From contig AP024665.1 in NCBI GenBank assembly GCA_024346625.1, positions 248,001-312,000 on the forward strand: a DNA stretch of 64,000 nucleotides, written 5' to 3'. Of this stretch, positions 10,770 through 21,281 are shown one piece after another; position 1 is the first letter of the stretch; the number at the start of each line of letters is the position of its first letter. The notes beneath the pieces were generated by a model. That model was not told the origin of the DNA, made no database searches, and was given only the letters and a program-made list of their open reading frames with translations. Made by a program: the position numbers and the translations under genes. The DNA comes from Williopsis jadinii (lineage: Eukaryota).

Positions 10770-11645
10770 TTAGTACGAAGTGGAATGACTCAAGGGGATT
10801 CCACTTTGGCTATAGTGGTTATCCCAATGGGCCTGTAGATGTGGACACTTATAGCTTCCTGTTTCGTCTTTTTCCATTATGTGTTGATCAAGGTACTTTT
10901 CTGCGCTAAGCACCATCCCACAAGGGCAACACCCACGCGCGCCAAGCTTATCGCTAAGACTATTTACCCTCTTCACCATGGGATCATCAAATATGAAATG
11001 GGAATGTAATAAATGCTTCTTGAAATCGTACTGCCTGTTGAAGTACCCTGTCTTGTGGGGACACGATTCCCGAGGGTAAAGGCATCTGAATCTCGAAACC
11101 TCCTCGTGGATTCTCATATGACGGGCAATGTCCCTTATGATGAATCTACCGCATTGTGTACACTTCTTGCCTTGCGCAGCTAGAACGAGATCAGGCACGC
11201 TCTGCTTATGGTTCTGTACAGTCATTGGCTGGTTTGCAAAGATATGAGGATATGTGGTCTCATAATTAGTTGGGTAATAGCCAGTTATACTGTCTGTCCC
11301 ATGGTTCATTCCAGAGTTATTTGTGTAGTCAACGGGAACATGTACATAACTTGTCTGCAAACTATACTGGCTTGTTCCGTTATACATGTACTGCTGGTTT
11401 GGGAATGTCGCATAAGGGTAGCTTCTTTGATAAGTGGTCTCAAGTATATTGTCACCACTATTTGAATCAGAATGGTTGAGGCCAACGGCTGGCACACTAA
11501 GACTATTGACCCCATAAGGCGGCTGTTGAAACCCAGGTGTCAATTGGTACATGGACTGTGAAGGTAAGGTGGGTAGATTTTGTGATAAATGAGCCGCAAA
11601 TGGTGGGTTTGTACCACTGGTCTGCTTATAATCAACATCAACCAT
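10770..11645 (-). CDS. C2H2 zinc-finger transcription factor similar to Candida Try4
   Basis: C-terminal fingers CTQCGRFIIRDIARHMRIH and CLYPRESCPHKTGYFNRQYDFKKHLLHSH, then LSDKL...CPCG; resemblance to Try4 is from memory. First ATG at 11645, TATA-like element at about 11735. Confidence 0.7.
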   Translation of the reverse strand: MVDVDYKQTSGTNPPFAAHLSQNLPTLPSQSMYQLTPGFQQPPYGVNSLSVPAVGLNHSDSNSGDNILETTYQRSYPYATFPNQQYMYNGTSQYSLQTSYVHVPVDYTNNSGMNHGTDSITGYYPTNYETTYPHIFANQPMTVQNHKQSVPDLVLAAQGKKCTQCGRFIIRDIARHMRIHEEVSRFRCLYPRESCPHKTGYFNRQYDFKKHLLHSHFIFDDPMVKRVNSLSDKLGARGCCPCGMVLSAEKYLDQHIMEKDETGSYKCPHLQAHWDNHYSQSGIPLSHSTSY

Positions 11646-14600
11646 ATCGCTTTTATTCAGCTCTGTTGGCTTCTGGCGATTTACAATTCCAGCCGTTGGG
11701 GGAAAGAACAAGATTCGCAAGTTTGACCATCCATTATATAGAAGAACTTCTTGTCACCCCTTTTGGTGAACCACACATTTTTAACGCAGTTCTTCTATAT
11801 TTTCTTGAGATATGTATATCACTGGTTTATGGAGTACAGTTATGAATAAAAGCTAAATATGACTATGGCTTTTCTTTGTTTGGTATTAATAACAACGTCT
11901 CAAATGTAACATGTAAAATCACTTGTTCTACCACAAGGTATACCTACGCATTTGTTCGTGTCACCTGGGTGGTACCATATTTGTTTCATGAAAGCATACA
12001 ATCATTGTAGACTGCATGCCATGGTTACCGAAATTGTATACAGAAATGGCTGGTTTTTGGTGCTTGAGGTATATGTCCTGCAGAATCCTCGCTTAATAAA
12101 ATTACAACCATTGGGATACATACGCATACTGATGCATTTCGATAAAGCTTTGTAAAGGATACGTTGATTTATACAGATTCAGTATCGTTAACAACCCCTT
12201 TGGAGCATTTTGGGGTGCGTTGGCCATAGACTTTCCTTTTGCATCAGTTGTGTATTTAGGGTTCAACTCTTTCCCGTAAATACTGATCGTGTTGTGAGAC
12301 GTAGTATCTTTGGTATCCTTGGCTTCTAAAGTTCAATGTTTCCTGTTTTCATTCAGATATGATCACCTAAAATTTTTAACAACATTGTGATAACTGTAAA
12401 AAGACCAAAAAGTCACACAATGAAGGCATAGGAGGAGTGCAGTGTGTTTCAAGAATTGCGATAAAGTATACATGGTGCCACTGCTTCCTACGGCTAACAA
12501 TGAATGGCTTCACGCTCTATAGAAAGAAAATGTATGATTCTACATGAAGAATGAAGCCTTCTGTAGGTAGTTGTCATGGAGATAATTGGAACTGGCATTG
12601 GACTAAATTATTGCACATCTTGCAGCAATCAGGAGTTCTACAGTTGACTGCACAGCTTAAAGCCAAACTTATAAGAGCGATGCATACACATATGATCCCT
12701 TAAGCCATGTAATCAATAACTGTCACTGATTGACATAACACTTCAACCACGCATAAAGGTAGACATGTGCTTAGGTATATATTCTTAGAACCCTTACCGG
12801 TACCAAGGGTCTCTAAACAGAGTGATACGTCATTAAAAGGCAAAACTTCTTCCTACTTTGTCTGTGACATAAATACTCTCATTTACAGTTCCAAAATCAT
12901 CAATATTTACGGTCTAGCAGTTCCAAGGATGTTAAATCGATTCTACAAACACGATCACATGGGATTTTGAAGGTGTGAAAAGGCACAGCACAATCATCTA
13001 GATAGCACTTATAAAGTGTTAGATGAATGTGTAATCCACTATAAAAGTTTGTTACATTAATATGAAATCCTCTGATCATTTCACTACAAAATTTCCGGAG
13101 AAGCTTTTTTCAAGTTATCACTCGAAACTAACGAAACTACAACAGCAACTCTTCTCAGCAATTACCAGTTACAAGAGTTTGAGTAAAATTATTCATAATT
13201 AGGGAATGAGTAATAGTCCCTGAGTTGTGGGTGATCTTAGCTTGTTTCATATTTGAGACGATGATATCTGGGAGAAATTTGCTGTCTTAGTCCTTGACAC
13301 ACCATACGGTGACATTTGAAGTTTTGCTTGGTAGTGAGGAACGTGGAAGCATGTGCCATGCAAGTCAACGCAGCCCTAAAATACCGACATGTTATCACGA
13401 TCACATAGGATGAATTTCCATCTGGAACATGGTTTACCTTCTCCTGGGCAGAGGGATATGGTACACTTCTGGGAAGCTGAGGTCTCGTATCGGTACTTTT
13501 ACAATCTGGTAATTCAAAATATGCTTGATGGAATCCGACTAATGTGCAGCGATTGTAGAAAGTTTAAGTTGAATTTGAGAACAAACGAAATTATCACTGA
13601 TCAGTATGAGACTTTGGGAAAGGTTTCATGCTGACAGCCATGTATACCTCAGCTTGAAACTAATGGCAAGCAAGAGGATTATCCGTCTGCGGTGATAACT
13701 GTAACACTTTACTCACTTTGAAGCCGTACATTTGGGCATCATCATTCAACGTCCAACCTGCTCCTCCCCTCTCGCCCAGGCTTAGCATTACATACAGGAG
13801 ATCAACAGCCACTGGCACAGTACGTGCTACACGTGTTACTGATTCATGATTGGAAATTTCATGATTGTTTCTCGATTCTTTATGTGTTAGTAGTGTTTTA
13901 CTGGCATGTGAGCCTGGCTCCATGATGTTCATCCTCACGCTGTGGACCTGTAGCCTATCTAAGTAGAAAACATGAACAAGCATATCTTACTCATGTTTGT
14001 GCTTTATACCAGACCAAGGGTGCTTCAAGGATACTCTGCATGAGACCCTTCTTGGTGTCTGCCACCAGTAGTTAATTTTCTGAAGTTTTTATCAACCCCG
14101 ATATCTACTGTTGAATCTTCTGTAAATATCTAGGGAGTAATAAAGCTAATACAAGCGGATTAATAGTTTCTCCAGATAAGTTCAAACATCAGGACTTACT
14201 TATCAGGATATGATAGCTCAAAGCAGAAACCACAAGCAACCAAGGGATTGCAGTAGTTCAATTCTAAACTTACCGTGATGTGTAGAAATTGGTTACATTG
14301 CCTAACAGCATATATATGCACAAAAGGATGTACAGCTGCCCAAATCCCAGAAGTAATTGATTTTTGGCAATACTTGTGCCATTTTCTGTAAGTGCTCTTG
14401 GAGTTTCTTACATTCAGCTGTTTACATGGGCTGTACCAACTACCTAAGGCTGGCGTGACACAAGAAATGCCTATTTGCACTTTGTTCGTCCTTACATAGC
14501 ACATTAAAGAGGATCAACACTTGATGCATCATACAAGAGCCTGAAGTCGGTTTTGGAAGCGACATTATTTCTCGAAGCACGAAGTCAGTTGGGTGTAATG

Positions 14601-14780
14601 GAAGCTCTAACCATAATCAGTTTATCAGGCATTGGAAGTTTAAATATGTCATCGCTTCCAATGTATTAGTTAGTGATCATTCAGATCAAACATGAGCTCT
14701 GCCAGTCCCAGTTGTCCCAGTTAGTGGGTATGTTCACTGATAGGATAGGCCATTGCCAACGTATATATATATCTTTAATA

Positions 14781-14825
14781 TAAATAAATAAATAATAAAC
14801 ATGATGTAAAAACAATATGTACAAG
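14781..14825 (-). promoter_or_regulatory. NDUFAF5 3'-UTR elements: Puf3 site (CtTGTACATA) followed by overlapping AU-rich elements (TTATTTATTTATTTA)
   Basis: Minus strand after the stop reads TGA-CT-TGTACATA (14823-14816), then GTTTATTATTTATTTATTTA (14800-14781). Confidence 0.65.
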
Positions 14826-15794
14826 TCATAGCACATCTTTCAGGGAAAACTCACCAGATCCCCTATCAAGTGGCTTTGGTTGTGTTTCAGAGGCTTTCCA
14901 TCCAATCATAAAGAGTACCCTGTATGTAAGAGGCAGCGATCCGTCACTGTCACCGTGGAAGACTTTATAAATTGCCTGGGTTGCTAGCAACAGATCTCTA
15001 GGAAGTGCACTGACTAATGTGTTCGTTGCATTTTGTTCACCCATGAGTTGCAAGTCCTCCAATATTGCAAAAAGATCAGGATAGCCCACAACAATCTCAT
15101 CAACGTCGATGGTAACAAGGTTGAACCCACTTTGCTTCAACAAAGAGCTGATGTCGTTCACTGTCACCAAAGGTGAAACCCTTGCTGAGATACCACCACG
15201 ACGTTCAGACTCTGCAAGTTGTAAAGATGTTCTGAGCTCGTACACAGAGTCCTCGCTGATCATGCTAGCAAGAAAGAGGCCATCTTTCTTCAACAACCCG
15301 TTGATCTTTTTCAATGTTAAGGGAAGGTCATTAACCCAATGGAGACTCATGTTGGACAGGACTGCGTCAAAGGATTCAGGCTTCAGATCTGGATGGTCCA
15401 ACTCCTCTTCATCTCCAACAATCTTGGTCACTTTTAGCATATCGTTGTACTGATGGTCGTTCCACCTGTTCAGCATCGTTTCTGAAGAATCCAACATCGT
15501 CCAGTCAGAGAACTTCGAATTCACCATTTTTGTATCCTCATCTTCCCCTTCTACAAGTTGTTTCTGCAAATTTCCAGACCCACTTCCGATATTAAGCACT
15601 TTGGGGAAGTCTCTCTTGATAAAAGTCAATCTTTCAATGGCCCTGCGGGCAACTTCATCCCTTAAGTATTCAACCTCTTCTGACTGAGGTAAATTGGCAG
15701 CTCTTTCTCTCTGCCTTATCTTTGTAGCCCTGTTGAAAACTTCATATGGCTTAGTAGCATAACCTCTCAATTGTCTCACCAAAAATCTGTTCAT
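14826..15794 (-). CDS. NDUFAF5: Complex I assembly factor NDUFAF5 (SAM-methyltransferase fold), mitochondrial
   Basis: VFNRATKIRQRERAA, EYLRDEVA, motif I VLNIGSGSG, SNMSLHWVNDLP, ELRTSLQLAESERRGGISARVSP, DLQLMGEQNA, MIGWK. Confidence 0.9.
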   Translation of the reverse strand: MNRFLVRQLRGYATKPYEVFNRATKIRQRERAANLPQSEEVEYLRDEVARRAIERLTFIKRDFPKVLNIGSGSGNLQKQLVEGEDEDTKMVNSKFSDWTMLDSSETMLNRWNDHQYNDMLKVTKIVGDEEELDHPDLKPESFDAVLSNMSLHWVNDLPLTLKKINGLLKKDGLFLASMISEDSVYELRTSLQLAESERRGGISARVSPLVTVNDISSLLKQSGFNLVTIDVDEIVVGYPDLFAILEDLQLMGEQNATNTLVSALPRDLLLATQAIYKVFHGDSDGSLPLTYRVLFMIGWKASETQPKPLDRGSGEFSLKDVL

Positions 15795-15937
15795 CTTGCT
15801 CCTCCTCGTGCGAGTAGTTCTCTCTGTTTCGGTTTAAACTGATGAATTTTTTAAAGTGTGTTTTTCACTATTTTTTTGGCCCCAGCCCGACAATCATCTT
15901 GTAACAATGATTGTTAAAATACAGGAAAGAGCTACCA

Positions 15938-17383
15938 ATGAAAGGAGCAATCAAGCACATATGTGGTTCATTTGGTTTCCGTAGATGCTATAGCGAACTC
16001 TCATCTATAAAATCACTCTCCAAGGAATTGTATCGGCTTAATGCACTCCAGGATCCACGTAGAGTGGAAGATGAGCTCCCCAGAATCTCAAAGAACATCA
16101 TCACTAGCAAGAGGATTGACCAATTGACGTTACTGAATTATCAGACACTCGTTTCAAAGGTTTCAAGAAAACGCAACTGGTCTCTGCTGCAGAAATACGA
16201 ATGGGAATTGGCTCCTTTGTTGAACAACCTCGGTCAAAATGGATACCTACAAAAGAGTGGATACGTGTTAGAGGTTGTGTCCATTCTCGAGCACATCACC
16301 AATGACTGTGACACGGAATCGAGATCAAAGATCTTGAAGACATTCAGACAGCCTCTGTTAGATACGATATGCTTCTCTATAAGGCTGCAGGACGATACGA
16401 GGTGTCACGATGGTGAGCTTCTCCGCCTATGGCTGCTCCAGGTGTTCTCCGCCTATTATGGGTCCTTGCCACCAGAGGATTATCATACAATATTTTATTC
16501 TGCTGTTCTAGCTGGTGATGCAGTAACTTTGAAAGAGCTTGTTACTGGTGAATTGTCTGTAAATATTGTTGCTGGTGAACGGCAGAACTTCGACATTTCT
16601 GAAGAAGCAGCAAAGAGATCAGTGGAAATATTTGCACAACGCGCTGATATTTCATCCATAGCTAAGATATGGAACAATAGACCGTTCACAAGCTATGAAG
16701 TTGGTCTCGTCACTGAATGTGCTTCCAGCATTAAAGACAAACTTGCCGTTATGGATATTGCAGTGCACGATAATGACTTGCAACTTGTACCAGAGGACTT
16801 TGACCATCTCGTTGATTCTATAAGTGCTGATTTACATACCAATGCCCTCAATAGAAGAAATCTAACACCAGATTCATCAGATTCAAGGAAAAGAAAGCTG
16901 AATTTACAACGTGTGGATATTACACGTTTTGCTGAGACACACTTTGATGATCAATTTGCCAAAAAAGATCAAAGGGTGAAACGAGTATTTGTTGATTCAT
17001 TTTTGAAAGCATTGACTTCCCTTTCCAATACCACAGGAGTTGTTCATGGGTTTACATTGATTCCGGGGGATGTAATCAACATTGACATCTTCAATACGCT
17101 GCTTCATTCGTGTGCGAGAGGAGCCGGGTCTCCATTGACGGCAATGGCAATAAAGAAATATATGGAGAGTGTTTCGATGGAATCGGAACTATCAACAAAA
17201 TGGTTTTATCAGGCAACGAAAGCAATTGAATGGATTGATACTGATGGTAAACCTGTGGATTATACCCCAGGAATCACCAATAAACACAACCCCTACAAGG
17301 GAAACAAATACGATAAAGCCGACGCCGCCACATTGACCAGATTCTTCAACAATCATTTGTCTCAAACATCGATTAAAGTATAG
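15938..17383 (+). CDS. Putative mitochondrial helical-repeat (PPR-like) protein
   Basis: 481-aa ORF from first ATG; basic presequence ending FRRCYS; one PPR-like segment NIDIFNTLLHSCARGAGSPLTAMAIKKYM. Family assignment is tentative. Confidence 0.6.
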   Translation: MKGAIKHICGSFGFRRCYSELSSIKSLSKELYRLNALQDPRRVEDELPRISKNIITSKRIDQLTLLNYQTLVSKVSRKRNWSLLQKYEWELAPLLNNLGQNGYLQKSGYVLEVVSILEHITNDCDTESRSKILKTFRQPLLDTICFSIRLQDDTRCHDGELLRLWLLQVFSAYYGSLPPEDYHTIFYSAVLAGDAVTLKELVTGELSVNIVAGERQNFDISEEAAKRSVEIFAQRADISSIAKIWNNRPFTSYEVGLVTECASSIKDKLAVMDIAVHDNDLQLVPEDFDHLVDSISADLHTNALNRRNLTPDSSDSRKRKLNLQRVDITRFAETHFDDQFAKKDQRVKRVFVDSFLKALTSLSNTTGVVHGFTLIPGDVINIDIFNTLLHSCARGAGSPLTAMAIKKYMESVSMESELSTKWFYQATKAIEWIDTDGKPVDYTPGITNKHNPYKGNKYDKADAATLTRFFNNHLSQTSIKV

Positions 17384-20300
17384 TCAGGTTGACGATCGTT
17401 TGAAGTCCAGTCAAATTCGTGGATCACTTCCATGGCCTTTGTATATTTTTCATTTCCTGTAATGGACAACTTTTCTGAATAAACCATAAAGAGCTCATCG
17501 GCAGCGATGGCACGTACCCGTGCAACTCTATGCGTGGTCATTATTGAAATTAGCGTAAGTTTTGCCTTCAACATTTCGGATCTTAGATAAAAATAACCAA
17601 ACATTTTGATTGCACATTGCAATCGAGTAATATTAGTGGTTCCAAGATGAAGGTTGTAGATACGGACATATAGACCATCCAAGTTAAAATCTTCTGGGAT
17701 TGGAATATTAGCTAGTAATATTCTTGTATAGAATTGCATACCAACAAGTATCTGCTTTGAAAGATGTTGGGACTTGAAATCCATCCTTTTATTAATTCCT
17801 GGTATCGGTTTGATCAAAGAAGCAATGTTCAATAGGATCTCCTTTTGTAATGCCGGTTCGATAGATGTATAAAAGTCACAAAATGCCCTCAAAGAGTCCG
17901 ATATCAATGCATCAGTAGCCTTTAATGCACCACATGAAAATATATATCCTCTGAAGAATTCGATTCTGGAATCCTTTGAGTTCATCCAATGTGTTTTAAA
18001 AAACTTCAACAATTCAGAAAAGTAGTCAAAATGGCTTCTACTGGATGTGTCAACCTCATTGGTGTTGTAAAGTCGTTGCAAAAGTTCCGTTGATAGATTT
18101 CTCAATTTGTCGATAGGTTCAGATGACAATCTCAGTAACTTTAATTCCAAAGTTGGTTGTGGAAGGTTTTCTAGGTTGTTTTGCACTAACTTCAAGCATG
18201 CCAAACGAACTTTAGATCCAACATCACCCTGTTCAGATATAGCATAATCGTCAAGTTCATTCAAGACGCATTGCATAAAAGATTCCTGTAACATTTGCCC
18301 AGATTTCAAATATTCGGAGACTGAATTCACAATTGCAGCTTTGACATTACAATCTGTTTTTTCAGATTCCAACAGACAAGCTATGTCATTAGTTTTCTCA
18401 GGAAAACATGGAAGGTAAGTCACACTTGAGGCGGTGTTCAAGTTTCCAAGTTTCATATAATGATACCACTTCGTCCAGTATTTTTCTTGTATGTGTATTT
18501 TGGGAGCTACCTCCTTCAAGATCTGACAAACATCGTGGTTATCCACCCTTATTGCGCTAAATACATTTTCGAGTATTTGATCATCACATTGTAATTCAAG
18601 GTTCAGCAGGGAATTGAGTAATGACAAATATGATAGCATTGCGAACTGTGTATCCTTGTGGTGATCGATCTTTATTGAGCGAAATACTGGAGTGATATCT
18701 TGAATGGAATCTCTTGACTGGAGCAATGGGATCAGCTCTGCAAGTGCTGTAAATGAATTAAAGGGCTTAATATCTGCATTTTTGATAATATGCCTCACTG
18801 TCTGATCCTTACATGTTTCATTTTCTGTTGTTAACAGCACCTTCAACGCCTTTGAAGAGTATTTCACAAGTTCAAAGTCGACATTTTCAATATTTTTGAT
18901 CAAAAACTTGATAAAAGTAGGTTTAAGATCTGGGAAAATTTCTAGCACCTTTTGTGGTATTTCAAGATATGACTTATCAATTGATCCTAGGTCCACATAA
19001 TCCAACGCTTCAATGAGTCTTATGCTCTTCGAGTGATTTGTTTCATCGTTTGGATATAGTTCAACCCAGGTCCTGACCCCATGACGTCCGATTAGTTCCT
19101 GAATAGCACTCGTTGCAGATCTCCTTATGAGGATTTCCTTGTCAAAACAGCACACAAGGAGTAAAAATGTGAATAGTCCTTTCACAATTTGAGAATCAAG
19201 TTGCCTTTTAGAATATTTTGCCAATGACCAAGCAATATAATTGGATGCATCACGGATATTTGAACCGGCAACAAAGGTTATTCTTGGTTGTTGGAAGAAA
19301 AGTGTTCTTTGAAGAATGTCCAAAATCTCCTGAAATTCTTGATGATTCATCAGGTTCATTCGTAGAAATTCTGCGAGGCACAACAACCGTGAATGCAGTA
19401 TATCTGTATCTATGGTCTCAAAAGATTCCTTAGAGAAGAGCTCCCTTGTTGAGCTCAATGCGTCAAGCATAAGATCTATACCCATACAATCGTCGACTCT
19501 CGTTATCAACTTCCCGTACTGTCTTGCAAGTATAAATCTGGTATCGTTACTCTTGCTATGGAAACTATCTTGGAACCAGTTTACGATACCTTCAATGGTC
19601 TCCCAGTCATCTTCTTCTAATTGCATTAAGATAGTCATGAATTTGGACAATAATTTGGCAATAATACCAACGTGCGAAGTTTGACTTAAAAGTAATGAGA
19701 AAAATGGAGAAACTTTGTTCAAGTCTCGAAGGATAGTTCCGTACGAATCCTTGTGCATGGCAACATTTAAGGCCAGCAATAGTCCCTCTTGTAGTGCATC
19801 ATCTGACTCTTCAAAGTTTTGCAATAGATTGTCGATAAACTTTGTCCACAAATCACTACAGTCGTGTCTCATTATCAGAGATCCAACCAATCTCGCACCT
19901 AAGGGCTGTAGTGGACCGGATTTCCCCAGTTTATCAACACCTATATTGTACAAATCCTCCTTTATATCTTGTCCAAACTTTTCAATTTGGAAGGGCGCCA
20001 GCACCAGGACTGTTAACCAGCATAAAAGCAGGTATTGTCTATGCCAGTGCACAAGAGATGAGAACTCCAGTGTCAATTTTGGCAACAGTTCAACGTTGGT
20101 TGGGAAGAAGTTCAGTAATTTCTTCGGAGTGACAATCTTCCCCAGGTTATAAAACACCTCCGTGATACTCCCATTCTCCGGGTCAATAGTGTACTCTTCC
20201 AAGATCAAATGGATGAAAGAGTCGAGGTATGGGTCTAACAGATGAGGACAAGGTTGAAATTGATGGAGATCTTCCAGAACTCGCTTGAGGTTGTGACGGG

Positions 20301-20394
20301 TATCCTGTTGCCTTCCTAGTAACTGTATTCCATCAATAATACTCTCATGGAGTTGCTTAGCAACCTTTGTCACCCTAAGCTCGTCAACGTCCAT
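17362..20394 (-). CDS. CIN1: Tubulin-folding cofactor D
   Basis: 1010-aa HEAT-like protein with PHLLDPYL, GSNIRDASNYIAWSLAK, CCFDKEILIRRSATSAIQELIGRHG and DDYAISEQGDVGSKVR motifs typical of TBCD. Confidence 0.88.
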   Translation of the reverse strand: MDVDELRVTKVAKQLHESIIDGIQLLGRQQDTRHNLKRVLEDLHQFQPCPHLLDPYLDSFIHLILEEYTIDPENGSITEVFYNLGKIVTPKKLLNFFPTNVELLPKLTLEFSSLVHWHRQYLLLCWLTVLVLAPFQIEKFGQDIKEDLYNIGVDKLGKSGPLQPLGARLVGSLIMRHDCSDLWTKFIDNLLQNFEESDDALQEGLLLALNVAMHKDSYGTILRDLNKVSPFFSLLLSQTSHVGIIAKLLSKFMTILMQLEEDDWETIEGIVNWFQDSFHSKSNDTRFILARQYGKLITRVDDCMGIDLMLDALSSTRELFSKESFETIDTDILHSRLLCLAEFLRMNLMNHQEFQEILDILQRTLFFQQPRITFVAGSNIRDASNYIAWSLAKYSKRQLDSQIVKGLFTFLLLVCCFDKEILIRRSATSAIQELIGRHGVRTWVELYPNDETNHSKSIRLIEALDYVDLGSIDKSYLEIPQKVLEIFPDLKPTFIKFLIKNIENVDFELVKYSSKALKVLLTTENETCKDQTVRHIIKNADIKPFNSFTALAELIPLLQSRDSIQDITPVFRSIKIDHHKDTQFAMLSYLSLLNSLLNLELQCDDQILENVFSAIRVDNHDVCQILKEVAPKIHIQEKYWTKWYHYMKLGNLNTASSVTYLPCFPEKTNDIACLLESEKTDCNVKAAIVNSVSEYLKSGQMLQESFMQCVLNELDDYAISEQGDVGSKVRLACLKLVQNNLENLPQPTLELKLLRLSSEPIDKLRNLSTELLQRLYNTNEVDTSSRSHFDYFSELLKFFKTHWMNSKDSRIEFFRGYIFSCGALKATDALISDSLRAFCDFYTSIEPALQKEILLNIASLIKPIPGINKRMDFKSQHLSKQILVGMQFYTRILLANIPIPEDFNLDGLYVRIYNLHLGTTNITRLQCAIKMFGYFYLRSEMLKAKLTLISIMTTHRVARVRAIAADELFMVYSEKLSITGNEKYTKAMEVIHEFDWTSNDRQPDYTLIDV

Positions 20395-20657
20395 TGCCGC
20401 TGTTTTCTTTCACTATAAAGAGCTCATTACGCTTGATTCTTTGTTTACTTTTGGCTTTTTCCTTTTCGTTCTTCTTTGTGTCTGTGATATTTCTCAACAC
20501 GCCCGCGCGCGATTCCCAGCGCCAGGACAAATTGATCAAACGCAAAGTGCTCTTCTGTTTTTGCCTTATGGCTGTTTCGCCTGCCTACATGTGAAGAATT
20601 AATTTGATTCTAATATTAACTTGTAAATAACCCCATTCTCCTATTCCCAACACATCG

Positions 20658-20975
20658 TCAAAGCTTGGACTTTTCACTGGTCCATTCATCACTTAGTATT
20701 CTATATCTACCTTTATGCTCAAAGTAGTTATTTGTTGAGCAATGTTGTGATTTCTTAAACCTCCAAACGTTCTGGAGGTGCTTGTAGTGGTAATCATGAT
20801 GAACAGGATTATCCCAGCAGATCAGGTTTGGCCGAGGTTTGAAATGGGAATGGTAGTGCTCATTTGTAGCGTGGTACGTTGATTTGCACGTTAACATCAA
20901 ATGATACTGATCCTGCTGAGTACAGTAGTTTATAAGGATCTGTGAGACGATCTCTGTGGGCAGTTTATCCAGCAT
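20658..20975 (-). CDS. Small (105 aa) F-box-motif protein
   Basis: ATG at 20975: MLDKLPTEIVSQILINYCTQQDQYHLMLTCKSTY matches the F-box consensus LxxLPxEIxxxIl...D...LxxxCKxxy. Confidence 0.65.
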   Translation of the reverse strand: MLDKLPTEIVSQILINYCTQQDQYHLMLTCKSTYHATNEHYHSHFKPRPNLICWDNPVHHDYHYKHLQNVWRFKKSQHCSTNNYFEHKGRYRILSDEWTSEKSKL

Positions 20976-21281
20976 CGTGTATAAGTCTATGAAATGGAGA
21001 GGCAAACCAGAGCTCAATGAGTGGGTAAATATCGAAGAAAATCCACTTAAAATTACCAACGACCACTGAGCTCTATTATTCTTACACACATCTCGAATCA
21101 AGTTTAGAGACTTTTCTTTCGTATAAATATCAAATCCCCAGTGTCTAAAAAGAAATCGCTTTTCGAGGTGTTTTGGGTGTCTTCGGGTGCAAATTCATGC
21201 ATGGAAAACAATATACGACTTGTTCACGGCGAGTAATTTACTCAACAAAATGGGAAGACAGCTAGACCGGTTGGCTCGCTT

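Noticed and set aside
13389..14504. Short ORFs of 81-107 aa in the long intergenic region
   Set aside because: No recognisable motifs, and they do not line up into one reading frame.
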